Translations under genes and position numbers: made by a program | The notes under the pieces: generated by a model | The model's database searches: none | Seen by the model: only the letters and a program-made list of their open reading frames with translations | What the model was told of the DNA's origin: nothing | Shown: piece by piece, positions 12,502 through 26,100 of the stretch | Position numbering within the stretch: position 1 is the first letter of the stretch | Layout of the letters: each line of letters opens with the position of its first letter | Source of the DNA: Haliotis cracherodii | Taxonomy: Eukaryota | Assembly (NCBI RefSeq): GCF_022045235.1 | Contig: NW_027266277.1 | Coordinates: 5,456,001-5,520,000 of the forward strand | Reading direction: 5' to 3' | Length of the DNA stretch: 64,000 bases

Positions 12502-14877
12502 ATGACACAGTGTATTCTATATCTTCTCCTCTTTCTCTGTTATGCTGAGGCTGCTCCTCTTATTTCAAGCCCCTGGGGTAAGATTCAAGGAGTCACCCAA
12601 ACCTCACCGACCGGCAAGACGTACAACGCCTATTATGCCATACCTTATGCTCTCTCTCCAACTGGCAAACTCCGGTTCCGACCGCCAAGTCCACATCCAG
12701 GTGTTATAGAAGTCTGGCAGGCCACACAGTATGGCCCAGTTTGTAGTCAGCAAGGTTTTGGCTTCGGCATTTTGAATATTCCTTCGAGCGAGGACTGTCT
12801 GACGTTAGGCGTCCATGTACCAACATCCGGAGGTTCTGGAAAGTCTGTTATGGTTTGGATCCATGGTGGATCGTTTAAGACGGGCGGTGCTCCACTGTAT
12901 GAGCCGTGGAAGCTGGTGACAGAGGAGGACGTCATCGTTGTGGTTGTCCAGTACAGACTGGGTGTGTTCGGATTCCTCTCAACACGCAACGCTGAAGCTC
13001 CGGGTAACTTTGGGTTACTTGACCAGGTTCTCGCATTGGAATGGGTTCAGAAAAATATTGGATCATTTGGAGGAGATCCTGACAGTGTCACCATTGTCGG
13101 GGAGTCTGCGGGGTCAGCTAGCGTGTCCCTCCATACCCTGTCTCCTGTGTCCAAGGGACTCTTCAAAAGAGCTATAATGCAGAGTGGAGCTGCCACAGCG
13201 TATTGGGCGAATGACAAAAGATACAGAGAGAAGCTTGACCAAATTTCCTCAGCCGTGAATTGTTCTGGGATGGCGACAGACAAGCAGACCGTTGCCTGTC
13301 TAAGAGGCCTACCTGCTAGTGTTCTTCTCACGGCGACGGATGGAATGGATTCCGAGCCTGTTGTTGATGGATATTTCATGCCAGCTGATCCTGCTACCTT
13401 GATCCAGAACGTAACGTACCTCACAGATCTAGGGTTTTATTGCATGGACGCATTGGTTGGTGTCAATAACAACGAGGGCGGGCTACTGCTTGAGAACGCT
13501 AGATCTTCCGATGCTCGAGATAACACGTCCACTGCTGAAACACTGAATTCAACATACGTCTATGACAAAACACTCGTTCCCAATATCTTAAAGTCAACTT
13601 ATGGACAGTATGACGCCATTTTGGCTGACGTCATATCATACGAGTACACGTCACCGCGAACAGAGAACCAGAAAACCCTCGATATCAATGATGTTCTCCA
13701 CACTTACGGTGATGTCACATTCGTCGCCCCTGCAGTCGCGTATGCCCGGCGACACTCCGACAACAGAAAAAATGGCGGGAGGGGCAAAACCTATTTCTAT
13801 TATTTCAATCATTACCCATCATTCTCTGCAGGAAGTGGCACACAGGGAATGTACCATGCATTCGACCTTCCATATATGTTTGGCCTCAGTTCAACATCAG
13901 TATCCCTCTTCGGACTTTTCGGACCCATCACAAAGGATGAACAGACCCTGTCAAACACATTTGTAAACTTCCTGACGGCGTTTGCTAAAACAGGGTAGGT
14001 ACATAAAGAATTACAGACAGTTATGCACTAGTTACACATTGATTGATCCTCTTAATTATTTGTTCAAATTTATTTCCTAAAATATATTTTAAACATAATA
14101 TACAAACTCTCTTTCCGTTTCACACACATTGACAATTTAGTAGCGAATCAATATTGACAAGGGCAACACATTTTACATCGATTACAGGGAGTCCAGCAAG
14201 ATGTTTCGGAATGACGTGATCGTGGAGTTAAGTGTTGACAGAAATGTGGTAGGAATACTGAACTCCTCTGTTTAGGGATCTCTAGTGAATTTAAATATAG
14301 GACGGACATGGCGAACAAAATATTTGCGAAGCTTGTGGTTAATATTTCAGACAAAACCCACACAAGGCATGTAGGCCATGATGTGATTCTGCAGAAGGGA
14401 CATAACTCACAGCTGTCATCAATAATATCGTATCACTGGTATTTTACACATGTTTGTATTACCGGGTTCTTTCAGAAAATGTCCAACTTTCTCAATATTC
14501 GGCAAAAGATAATGGTATCAATCGAAAATGTAATTCATTGACTCCGGTAATAAATTCGGCGATAAATAATCAACTTAACAATAATCGTAACAGTGATATA
14601 TTATGACAGCGGATATATCCTGGTATACAGGGGGTGGTTTGGTTGTAGAAATCCCAGTTCAGCCGTGCAGCTTCCCCTGGGTGGTACATGGGAACAGTTT
14701 GACGGCCAGGATGAAGCCTACCTCTCCTTCACCACCAACATGACCCTGGAGCATCACCTGCAGGCTAAACGTGTCTCCTTCTGGCTCCATCTGATGCCGG
14801 AGCTCTTTCAGCTCGAGCGGGCTAAACTCACGGCTCCAGGCATCGGACACCAAGGCACAGACATGCTGGTGGGGTGA
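12502..14877 (+). CDS. Secreted type-B carboxylesterase (CES-B), about 573 aa, 2 coding exons
   Basis: Exon 1 is 12502-13994 and exon 2 is 14649-14877 (phase-2 intron in KTG|NP; total 1722 nt, in frame). Signal peptide MTQCILYLLLFLCYAEA; motifs SEDCL, WIHGGSF, GESAG (Ser), NNNEG (Glu), YHAFD (His). No TM and no HxEL. AATAAA lies just after the stop. Confidence 0.92.
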
Positions 14878-16149
14878 CCGCAACCATTCAATAATAAAAC
14901 CGCTGAATGACTTCATGCCGTGTAGGTTTGTTTACGATCAATTTATATCCAAATCAGGATCTTGTAGTTCACGAGGAACTGTATTAAAATTATAACGAAG
15001 GGCACGGTGTTTGGTCCATCTTGTGTGTGGTCATACATAGTAATAACATGCATAGTTAATACCTCTTACAAGGTATTATTGTTAACACAAGGGACTTCTC
15101 TCATCTACCCAATACACTCTACAGTCGACAACTTGTGACGACAGAGGATAACTTACACAAATGATGTGTCATTAATTATATTCATGCAGACATGTTGCTC
15201 TTCGTGAGTTGGAAGATTCCATAATATACTATACTTCTATATACTGCCTGAAGCTGACATACCACAAGTCAATGCTGGGTTAATGGAGGTCTCTCATTTA
15301 TAAATACATTCCGACGATATCCCCGCTGAGCATTAGACATGTTTCGGTCTACTGAAAAAAAGACAATTTCTTGAAAGTTTAAACGGCTTCAAACGAAGAG
15401 CAATGTCACTTTTCAGTTAGAATCAAATCGGAATTTTGACGGTTATCCAGTCAAAGCGAATAAAACGAGGTCAGCCTGTCTGACCTACCGATTGTGTATA
15501 TTAACACCTGTCTTTACTCAGGGGGTAAGACAACAGCACAGACACATGCCCTCTCACAGTGACAAATAGGGTATGGATATGTAAACATTACCTAACTCTC
15601 TCTAAAACTCGGATCCAGTGTTAGTCCATCAAATAAGCCAAACAAGATCCCTAAATCCGAAATTCCGAAAATACCCAAGCAAGTCCACAATATTCGTGCA
15701 AGTCCAGATTTCATCACTTCTGGAAAAGATGGGATTCTTTGGGCTCCTTTTAGTAAACTATTGAAATGTTAGTCTAACGAAATACCGCCCGTGTCTGTAT
15801 AATGCAGACATTCTTCACAGTGTCAGACAGGAGATTGTAGGAGCGCTTCACAATACCCGTCTTTCTCAGTGCAGTTGTTCAAGGTGAGTCAAACCGTCTA
15901 CTGACCTGTCACTGAGCGAGTGGCTGTGATGTTAAACAACGTGTGTACACTTAAATTGACCGCCCTTAAATGTCAGTGTTTTGGGTGTCCTAGCTATACC
16001 CATGTACGTCTTCGCTTGCTCATGATCTTTCAACCGATGTTGGGAAACGAAACTGATAGAAGTTGCGTGTGACTGTCAGGAGACATATCAGAGGAACTAA
16101 AGTTGTATCCATTGCTGAGTCCACAGACATTCTGCACCTGTATAAGATA

Positions 16150-17690
16150 TGATAAAATAAATGCGAGTGTAAATATACATACACCCACTAGGGGTACAGA
16201 AGCAAATTAAACTCATTATACAGTATAACAGTCAGAAATATATGATACAGTAATCAAAATAAGTAAAGCAATGTCAGAGTGTGTAGTAATGACACTGTGC
16301 TGGAACTCACACAGTTAGGGATCTCACCGCATTTCAAACATACTGTGTTTTGAGTGGGCTGAGAGGGATGAACAAGATGGGCTTAGTGGGGATTCTAAAA
16401 CAGTGATTCCTTTTGGAGTTATGAGCTGGAAATAATAACTTAAGCTTAAAGTAGTGTTGAGAGAGCAGTTAGGCAGACGTGGTGTTCATCTTCAGCCTCT
16501 CCTGGGTGGCACAGCTTCCACTTGATGGGCACTGAGAGGCTGTTTGATCAAAGCCTGCCCATGGTTCTTGTTTCTGACTGAACTAACATCAGATATAATT
16601 TCAATAATGTGTTACTATTTGTTCCCACAATTCTCAGCAAGTGTGTTTTGTCGTGTGCTGTAGATTGCGATGTACCATTATAGTAGATGTCAATATATGT
16701 GTTGTGCAATAATTCATTTATCTTGAGTTTTAACATGCCATTCTTGTCAGACTGATAATGCATAATCGTTGTCATTTTGTGCTGACACGAACGTTTTGAG
16801 TTGGTCCCCTGAAACGACACTTCCTCCGTCATAGCAGCATATACATGTTTGCTATTATTAAATTGTTTCATCAGGATATAATATTTTAAACATTGTGGTG
16901 AAGATATTTATCGTAAGGGGAAATAGTCCTTTTTCACTCAATGTTGCTTGTTCATCTTGACACTTTATGACGAGTCTTTGGAATCTTCATAAGGGTATTA
17001 TTACATAGCAACTTGTTCCGTATGCCTGTATTAATGGAGATCTGCTCTCCCCGTACTTCACATTCATATGTGGCAGGTGGCATCACCAAGGCCCTGTATA
17101 TTAATAGTAAAGACTCTGCTTGTAATTGAGTATCTGTTGTCAAGCTATTTGGACAGTCAACCAACCATGCCTGACGTCTCCTCTCACGTTAGCTTGTTTG
17201 AGGGATCCATTCCGGTGAAGTGATACCCCTAAAATATGTAAGACTTAAACAAGTCAATACAACAATTTAGGTTTGCTGAGGTTAATATTCAACTTCCTGT
17301 CATCACCGAAGATTAAAGGATTGTCAACACTAGTTTATTGACATTTTGTAGAATGTGATAACAATACAAGATCACCAGCATATAGTAAGTAGGCAACATC
17401 TTTACCATTTAATTGAAGATTTGAAAAGGCACAGAAGGATAGATAATCTTGCAGGTGATTCAAATAAAGATGTGTGGGACTACACACACATATTGCTATC
17501 CTCTTGTGTATGATTGGATGGATTCAATCACACCCTTCTTTTTTTGACAGAATAGCTAATTTCAGAGTGCATACTAAGACATTGAAGATATTTCCATTTA
17601 AACCATAATTAAGTGATTTATGTCTAAACCATCTTTTCAATTTGAGCCAATAGCTTTGGAAAAGTCCACAAAAAGGCATTAAATTTCTTC
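16150..17690 (-). mobile_element. Degenerate non-LTR retrotransposon (L2/Crack/Daphne-like) RT remnant
   Basis: Minus-strand translation gives CLFVDFSKA (about 17670) and LNGKDVAYLLYAGDLVLLS (YADD motif, about 17380), plus C-terminal RT-like segments with many stops. It interrupts the homology with the region downstream of CES-A. Confidence 0.75.
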
Positions 17691-20339
17691 GTAGTTTCTT
17701 TGCGTCGACATCAGTGTATTGAGATTGAAGCGTTCATTCGTAGGACGGTGACAAGTGATCTTTCACTAATCCCTCACTGCGACGTCTTGCGAATTTTTCT
17801 GAAAATCATGCAAAATTATTTACTATTTCCTTTCCCGGATTAAACAAATAAGTGCATTTAATTGTCAATACATATGCTTTTCTTTACGCTCTCAGTGGTC
17901 GGGTATTTCAATGTGCGTTGTTTCTGTTGTTGGATTATAAGCATGCAATCAAACTGAGGGGTAGTCCACATGGAACGAACAATTTCAAGGGTACTTACAA
18001 AGACATCACTGTCAGATATAAATCGTATTTCGATCATTCAAACGCCTCATTTTAAAACGCAGAACATATTCCGAGTTGATTTGTTTTTTTCAGTCAATTC
18101 GTGTTCGACAATGACACCAGCATTGTTTGTGTTGACAAAGGAGAGCGTAAAGTTTGAAAAAGGAGCATGTTAACACCTGTTGCACATGCTAATATCATTC
18201 AAAAGATTAATAATAGTTGATATTAAAAAATATTAAGAGTTTTTAGTGAATCCGAAACAGAATTATTCAGAGACTTAAAGTGATCTTCCCATTCAGCCAC
18301 TGGAATATCTTGTATATCTGTCACACCGCTTGCTGGCTGCTGTACTTCACAACACAAATTCTACATGTTAGAAGAATAATGGAATTCTTTGATCACGAGT
18401 AACACGATACGTTTATATACAGAACAAAACTACATTGAAATAGGGCAATTCCGCAACACTGTCATATTGCATTGCAGGGTAATTATGAACACATGGGAAA
18501 ACACACTTGTGGGCCGCCGGGGGGCAGACAGACTAGCAACAGACAACCACGTGAGGAAGGTGGAATCAGACATATGTTCCAGATTCCAGAAATGTCTGAC
18601 ATATCGCACGTATGCTGTGCTTTGTTTGTTAATAGGAAACATCAATGTTGCATCGCCGCGTAAGTAATGTAAAGCACTGAAACAGTATAAGTATCTGAGA
18701 TCATCAGTTCCAATATTATGTCTGCCTTGTGCCACTTTATAAGAGAACATTAGTAGAGTAAGGGACCAACAACGCATTTCCGCCGTACTTTATTTCACAG
18801 GAACAGGTTTTAATCGGTTTGGACCACCCGGGTTCAGCTACTGCTCACTCTGTGTAACGTGTTTCAAATTCATGTGTGGTATAATAACGGTCTTTTTGCA
18901 AGATGGCATCGTGTCTTTAGACTCTCTGAAATGACAATTCTTACAGAAAACACAGCTGCTAAATGTTGTCAGTGAAATGTAAAAACAAGGAGCTCAGAGA
19001 CTCTCTTCATTTTCAGAAGACTGCAGTGAGGGGGAGGGGTGGGCGGGTTGAGAGAGAGAGAGAGAGAAGAGAGTAGCCAGCAACCTAAATGCCTTCAATC
19101 GTCTTCATTCCTCAAAACAGATATTATAAGATATTGTATGCAACTTCTAACACGGTCTTTATCTGCCTAGATTTTAGTTTAGCAACATTCGGTGACAAGA
19201 TAATGGAAACATAAATACGAACATGGGTATAAGGCACCCAAAACATTGACATTCCTCTTTGGTGGAGGGCCGCCCTACTAGAACCAACACACTGGGGTCT
19301 TTCATTCATGACAACCAAGTACATCATTATGTACAGCAACATCTGAGCGGCGTTAGCGGACAATCTTGATAAATGGGAACCATCCAAATATGTCGGATAG
19401 ATAAAATAGTTCAAAGATAAGCACCGCGGCTACTGTGACGAGTCTTGTTTGAGAACATAACACCTCCCTCATTAACGCCCGACCAACCTACAGAGGAACA
19501 TTTTCACACACCGGGGTGCAATACATACCAGCCTTCTCATATGTACTGAGGTGTACCCAATGGCTGGCGCACGCGCTCACGTGCGAGGCAATCGCAGACT
19601 CTCCTTCCGGTTGCTGGTATGTTCTGAACTGGGCCAAAGTAATTGAGACGATTTTAGTGTGCGTGAAGCTTCGAAACTGTGGCAGTATCAAGTACTTCAC
19701 CTAATTTACCCTCTACCACAACGCTAGCCTTATGAGAGGGTTCTGACCAGTAACTAACCGCAGACAAAAAGGTTCTAAAGCAGGACGCTTAAAGGAATTG
19801 TACATCAAAAGCTGGATCCGTAATTTGAGGAATTTATACAAGAAATGAGTGGTAAGACATATATTCTTCTCACTAGTGGTTCAGTGCGTGCCCACTGCCC
19901 ACAGCGGACGTGTATTTCTATGCGGTGATGGGGCAGGATGTACACACGAACAGTTCTCAGTGATTCTACCACAGGGAGAGGGGCCAACATTTCGCACCCA
20001 TGTGTGTTTCGCCTCGTTCATTTGATGTGTGTTTTGACATTAATACAAATATTGTATGATTTATTGGACAGCTGTGTGTGTGCTGGCACTGCCTCGGGTC
20101 TGTCGTCGCCTGCACTTAGCGGCAACACAGAACGGCCTGATTTGGGGTTAAGAAGAAAGAATGTTGAGTTAGCAAGCCGTCCATATTCAGAAAGATAATA
20201 CGACAATCGGTTGTATCAGTTTAATACTCTAATGAAGATGTTATTAAGATGTGTGTTTATTAGAGATGACGATACGTGTCAACAACAAAAGAAATACACG
20301 AATGCTGTGTCAGTAAAACCAGTACTATTTATATACTGG

Positions 20340-20820
20340 TAAGATAAGATAAGATAAGATAAGAAAAATTCCATTACGGGACAGATGCATTTTTTTAAAA
20401 TGACAAAACATTATGATTCATATATACATATATACAGACATACATACATGTTTGATGATATTATACATAAATGTCATCGGTTCATTACGATCAAGGGGTA
20501 TATATTGCTTGAAGTGATACACATAAAAACAAGTGCAATTGATGGCTTCAATATTTTAGAGAATGTAGTGAAATAATTTGTTTTCATGACTGTGGGTGGA
20601 CATTTACATTTTGTGTGGATACTTTTCCAAAGAGTATATGTCTTGAGTGTGTTTGGTGCAGTGAAGTGTGTTGTGTTTTTCGTCATCAATGATTGAACAT
20701 GTAGAGCATAGTCCCTGATGTAGTGGGGTTGGTGGCTTTGTATGTCCTCCACGTTCAATATTTAATTTATGGTTACTTAATCTTAGCCTAGAAAACTGCT
20801 CTCGATATTTTCTTATTTCA
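20340..20820 (-). mobile_element. 3' end of an L2/Daphne-like LINE with a (CTTAT)n tail
   Basis: Minus-strand IERGGHTKPPTP..GLCSTCSIIDDEKH..HC resembles the LINE ORF2 C-terminal motif. (AAGAT)n at 20341-20363 forms the tail. Confidence 0.65.
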
Positions 20821-23145
20821 CAGTAACTGAGATAGGGTTCTTATTTTATTTCATTTTTAACTATCCTGTATGCCCTGTGTGTTATTATCTTTTCATCATC
20901 CTCTCTTATAAAGTATCTGGAATGAAGTTGAGTCTTCTTCTTTGCAAATGTGTTCGTTTGTGTATAATTATGTATCTGCATTGCCACTGAAGAAAATGCA
21001 CATTTCATGATATAACTGATCCAAATGCGGGAATACTTTTATTAATTTAATAGTATACATTCAATTATATAATGATAGATATTTTCACATGGATTAACAC
21101 ATGCACAATATGTTTCTTTCTTCAAACAAACTTTAATCATAGTATAATGAAACCCAATTGTGTCGTAAAATTAAATTTTATGGACTTATGTCCAACATCT
21201 TGTCTGATTCCTGACATGAAGAAGGCAGAGTGTGCAAGTTTATATACTATATACTATATTTATGACAATGTAAATAGTAAAATAGGTTTTTATGTTTGGT
21301 CGAATAATAATGCTTTAAAGTTTATTAAACGAATACAGAAATCTTCGGGTGAATAAGTAGGTAATAAGAATGTCAAATTACCTCAACACCAGGCGACATT
21401 CACTGATCCCCGACGCTACTGTAGTGGACAGTGACGTCATTGCATCTCCTAGCACCACTCAGAACAGCGTGCGCTATCAGTTTAACGCCTATCAGCCGCG
21501 ATGGGAGCTTAAGTTGACAACAACCATGACCTCATGCAGAATATATACTAAATGACACTGTACACTATATCAATGCTGGTTTTGGAGCTGCTTCACGGGG
21601 ATATGTGTCACTCTATGGATAGCGGTATGTGTTGGGATCAAACCACATCCTGCATGTCGTACAACTGGACAGAATCCCGACTGTTTTAGGGGCGTCATAA
21701 CACACATGATAAATGTCGGATTGTGTCCAATGTGAAGCTGATTCGGTCTGCCATGTGATCTTTCATAAAATGTCATGCATCCCTTCTTAAAGTTCAAAAA
21801 TGGATTTAATCATCAAATGATAGCCCATGACCTATGGTATAATAGTAGTTTCAGCAACGGTGAATATATTTGTTTCGTTTTGTCCGGTTCGACACTTCCC
21901 ATTTAACAAAGTGATGTGTGTGCTTCTGGGTCATCGTCCCGAGCAACTGGAGTACTGTCGCCAGGGCAACCGGAATCGGTCAGTATTAAGCTAAGGGGGG
22001 CTTGGGGTATGTTATGGGGTTCATGTACACTTTTTGTAGATAGATAATGAATTACATGTGAGCAAACGTACGAACACGCGTGTGTTATTGATTGTTTTCT
22101 GTCACACAAAAGCTTAATCAATTAATTTCCGTTAATGGCAATGTTATATCGTTACATACTGCGGTATGTTTATGTGTCCATTTCTACTACAAGAAATTGG
22201 AACAATACCTTGGCACATTTATACCTCCGCGTTCCTGAAACAGATTCTACTACGCATGATCCGTGTGTGTGATGCCTTTACCACGCGCGTTGGCGAGAAG
22301 GTGCACGGTGACTTAGCTCTCAGTACGGAATGTCAGACTAAATACCATGTTGAAAGTGTGTGCACACTCGGGAAAATAAGTTCTATTTCTTTGCTAGAGG
22401 CAGTTTCGTGTTGATGACGCAGAACAACAGTGAATAGCTTCGTCTTAAGATCTTATCTATGTAGTTGCCATAGAAACGGGTGTATTTTATTTGCACTCGC
22501 TTCCTTTCGTCCATTGCTCATTTCCAATCAGTGCTAATTTACCTCCTAGCCTCTAGCATCTCTGTATCCTAGCATTCATTCACCCAGTGAAGGAGTAAGT
22601 ATACTCCGAAACGTTGTGTTCCTCATAATAGAGAAGTTGACATCCATAAAATTTCTCTCTTGTGGTTATCACTTCTAAATGCCATTTAAAGACTTGAAAC
22701 AACATACATAAACACGGAATCATAATGACTTTAACATCATTGGTTGCCCCAGATCTGTATTCTGAAAGATATTCAGCAACAATGTATTTCCGCATTATTT
22801 ATCGAAATTTAGCATTTCTATGCGAAATATTCGGAAGGTGAGAATTTTTTTATTTCGTCCCTATTTTTAAAAGCGTTGGGGCTTGACTCCCAGCATGGCG
22901 TGAGACGGCGATAAGCTTGCATCCGCCGCGCTCTCATGTAATATTGGGCAACAAGCACACTGACTGCTTTGAGGCAAGGATCAAAGGCCAAGTTGATTTT
23001 CAGATGACTTACAGTGTTTTGCCGGTGTCAGATGACTGTTAGCACCGTGGGTATTTATGGGTGATGAAGGCCGGTGCTTGTCGTTGTGGGAAGTTCAGTG
23101 AGAAGGAGGCGGCCATTTGTTGACTACAGCTGACCGGGAAGCGAC

Positions 23146-26100
23146 ATGCCAGGTGACGGTTGCACAGAAGTAGTTACGTCTCTGTGAAATACAGTAACTC
23201 ACAAAAATATGTTACCTGCCATGACAACATGTTATTTGGTCGTGAAAGTAAACGTTATGATAGTTTACACATCGTGTTTCATTTTTGGGGGTGGACTCTT
23301 CCCCCCATCCCACAACCCCACCCCACTGAAGGTACAAGTGCCCACCCCCTCCTCTTTTAAATCATGAATCCGCCCCTGGAATAACAACACCTGTCTGTCC
23401 ATTTGTCTGTTATTAAGATTTTATAAGCAAAATCATGACACTGAAATGCAAATATTTAAACTTTCCTTAGTTCCAGTGCCTTTTCATACAAGAAGCTCAA
23501 GGAATGTTAGTAGCGTGCTGTTTTCAAGAGGGTGGCTCTAATCGTTTTTCGCAAACAAGCGACAGCTTTAACTCCTCTGGTTGTGGGTTGGTAGCACATC
23601 CCGTAGGACGCCATATGCTAAAGGTTTAGTGCTGTCCAAAACTAATACAGTAATAATCTCTTTTGGGCTGAGCATGCAGATTCATTGTTTTCCATTAGTC
23701 GGAACTGTCCAGTAGCGTTATCTGCATCCCTGGTCGCGTCTTGGAGCACAAGTCTTCACTCCTCCCCACCTGCCTTGGGACTAGTCAACGTCCGCCGCAC
23801 CCGGTATGCAGGTCGTGGATCATTTGCCTTCCAATGCATGCAGTTTAAAAGTACCTCATTGTTATATGTTATATGTGTCTTCACACAATACGTATATGGC
23901 ATACACATCATATTGATAGGTTAATATTCATTTTAGGTGATATTCCTGAACTCCATACACTGGTTGGAACCTAGTCCTGCACCATGACTGTGAAATATAT
24001 TTAATTTATGAGAAAAAAACACAGTCTGAAAACGTATACAAATGTCTACCCAACTCTAGCTAGCTCTATTCCACAATCAGCATGGGGATTTTTTTTAATG
24101 TTTAGAGTCAAGAAGGGTTTTGTGTAATATAAGATTTCATAGACTAAATGTTAGTCCAGCTGGTACCATGAAAGCTCGATATCTGTCTGTCCCTGCTACC
24201 ACCCAGAGAGCCATGAAAAACACATATCTTACATTCTGATGGAAGATATCAGACATACTCATCTTGATGTCAAATTAACAGTTGTGAAGTGTGTGACCGC
24301 GACCTCTGGACTTCTGTCACTTTATCTCATATCATGTGAACGTTTACCCAGCTGCGGCCTCATTCCTTTACAACAACTATTTTTATCGAGTTTTTACTAA
24401 ATTTTTAATTTTTTTATTTTTGGTGTTATTGTGTGCAGTGGATGGTCGAGCTTCCCCAGAGGCCTGGAACCAAAGTCGAACCCCGACTGAAGTCGACAAT
24501 GATCTCGACGAGAGGTCTACCGCTACTCCAACCACCCCCGACCAAACTTCCATTGTGACGTCACAGCCCCGACCAACGCCGAAGAAACTGACCCGTGTCC
24601 AGTTGTTGATGCCCGCGGACGATTCCTGCAGTGAACGGGAATGGACGTCAGGGCTGTGCCAGTGCAGCAAAGGCAGACGGAACTGTACGCAGCCTTTCCA
24701 CTTGTCTGTCTTTCAGTGCCTGAACCATATTATTTTCGCTTCCGCCCACCCCGTTCTGTAATGCAAAAGCCCTAAGTGAAGCATGTCTAGATTATCTTCA
24801 GGTTCTGTATCACCCTGGGGCTCCTTTTCAGTTTAAATGGGGTTATTTGTTTCTATCAAAATTATATGTTTTCAGAGACCAAACGTTAGTGTACCTTTCC
24901 GCGTATCAGCAGTAGCTGTCAGAACTGCATCAAACAGTTGATCAAACAGAACTGCGTCAAACACTTTTCTGGATTTGGAACTTTTCTGGCCTGTGAAAAA
25001 TGTCGAAAAGCACCAAATAAAAGTGGAATAATTAAAATGCTGTTCCTCATATCATAACCATGCATCTAAATACCACATTTAAGGGCGGAAGGCTACCCGA
25101 GTGGTTGGCCCGACATGCTGAAGACCTGGGTTGGATTCCCCAAATGTAAAAGTGATATTCCTTGGATATAGCTTAATGCGACGTAAACACATTACTGACT
25201 AACAAGACTGTACGAGCCCATGATCTGTTGCAGGCTGCATGATGAGCTGCTGCTGGGTGTATCACCGGTACATCATCGCCACCAGGGTCGGGGAGACCCC
25301 CTTCATGTCACTCATCCCTTGCGCAGCCTTCGCCCTCAGAGTCAAAGTCAGAACGCTCTTCAGCATCAAAGTAAGCGCTAATGCATTTTGCTTTCCGTAG
25401 TATTCTATTCAGTAGCTGCTACTTGACTTACGCCACGTGCTTCTGTATTTAGCGTCGACCCCGGCGCTGTGGGATTGTCTGAGTCCTCACAAACTGTCTT
25501 GGTCGCACCCAGATTATGTCGCCAACAACGGTAGTCTAATGAAACAATCTTAGTTATGCAAACAGTAAATATAAAATAGATACACATCGGAACCGGAAGC
25601 AGAATATATTACACACTGTCTGAAATCAACAATAATGACCAGGGCCCTTTCACAAAGCGATCTTAGCGCTACGATGATTAAAACCAATGTTGAAGTATGG
25701 GTGTGTCGATCACCTTAGGGCTTAGCTCGCTGTGTAGAATGGGATCAAGCTTTGGATTTGTTTGTCGCCTTACGCCGCACTCAACAACATTCCAGCTATT
25801 TGACGGCGGTCTGTAAATAATCAAGTCCAGAGGTTGACATCATGCGCATCGATCTAGGCAGTTGGGATACGATGACATACGAGTCAGTGAACCTGACCAT
25901 CTCGTTAGTCAACTCTTATGATAAGTTATGTCATAGTAGCCTTTTTCAGTAAGCATGGGTTGCTGAAGGCCCATTCAACCCCGGATCTTCACGGGTTCAA
26001 GCTTTAGAAGAGTGATTGAAATGTGTTTAGGTTCTCCACGTCACAGTTTTGTTTTGTCGGAAAGTTTTGTTTTATGGTATTGAAGTGAGTGAAAGAGAAA

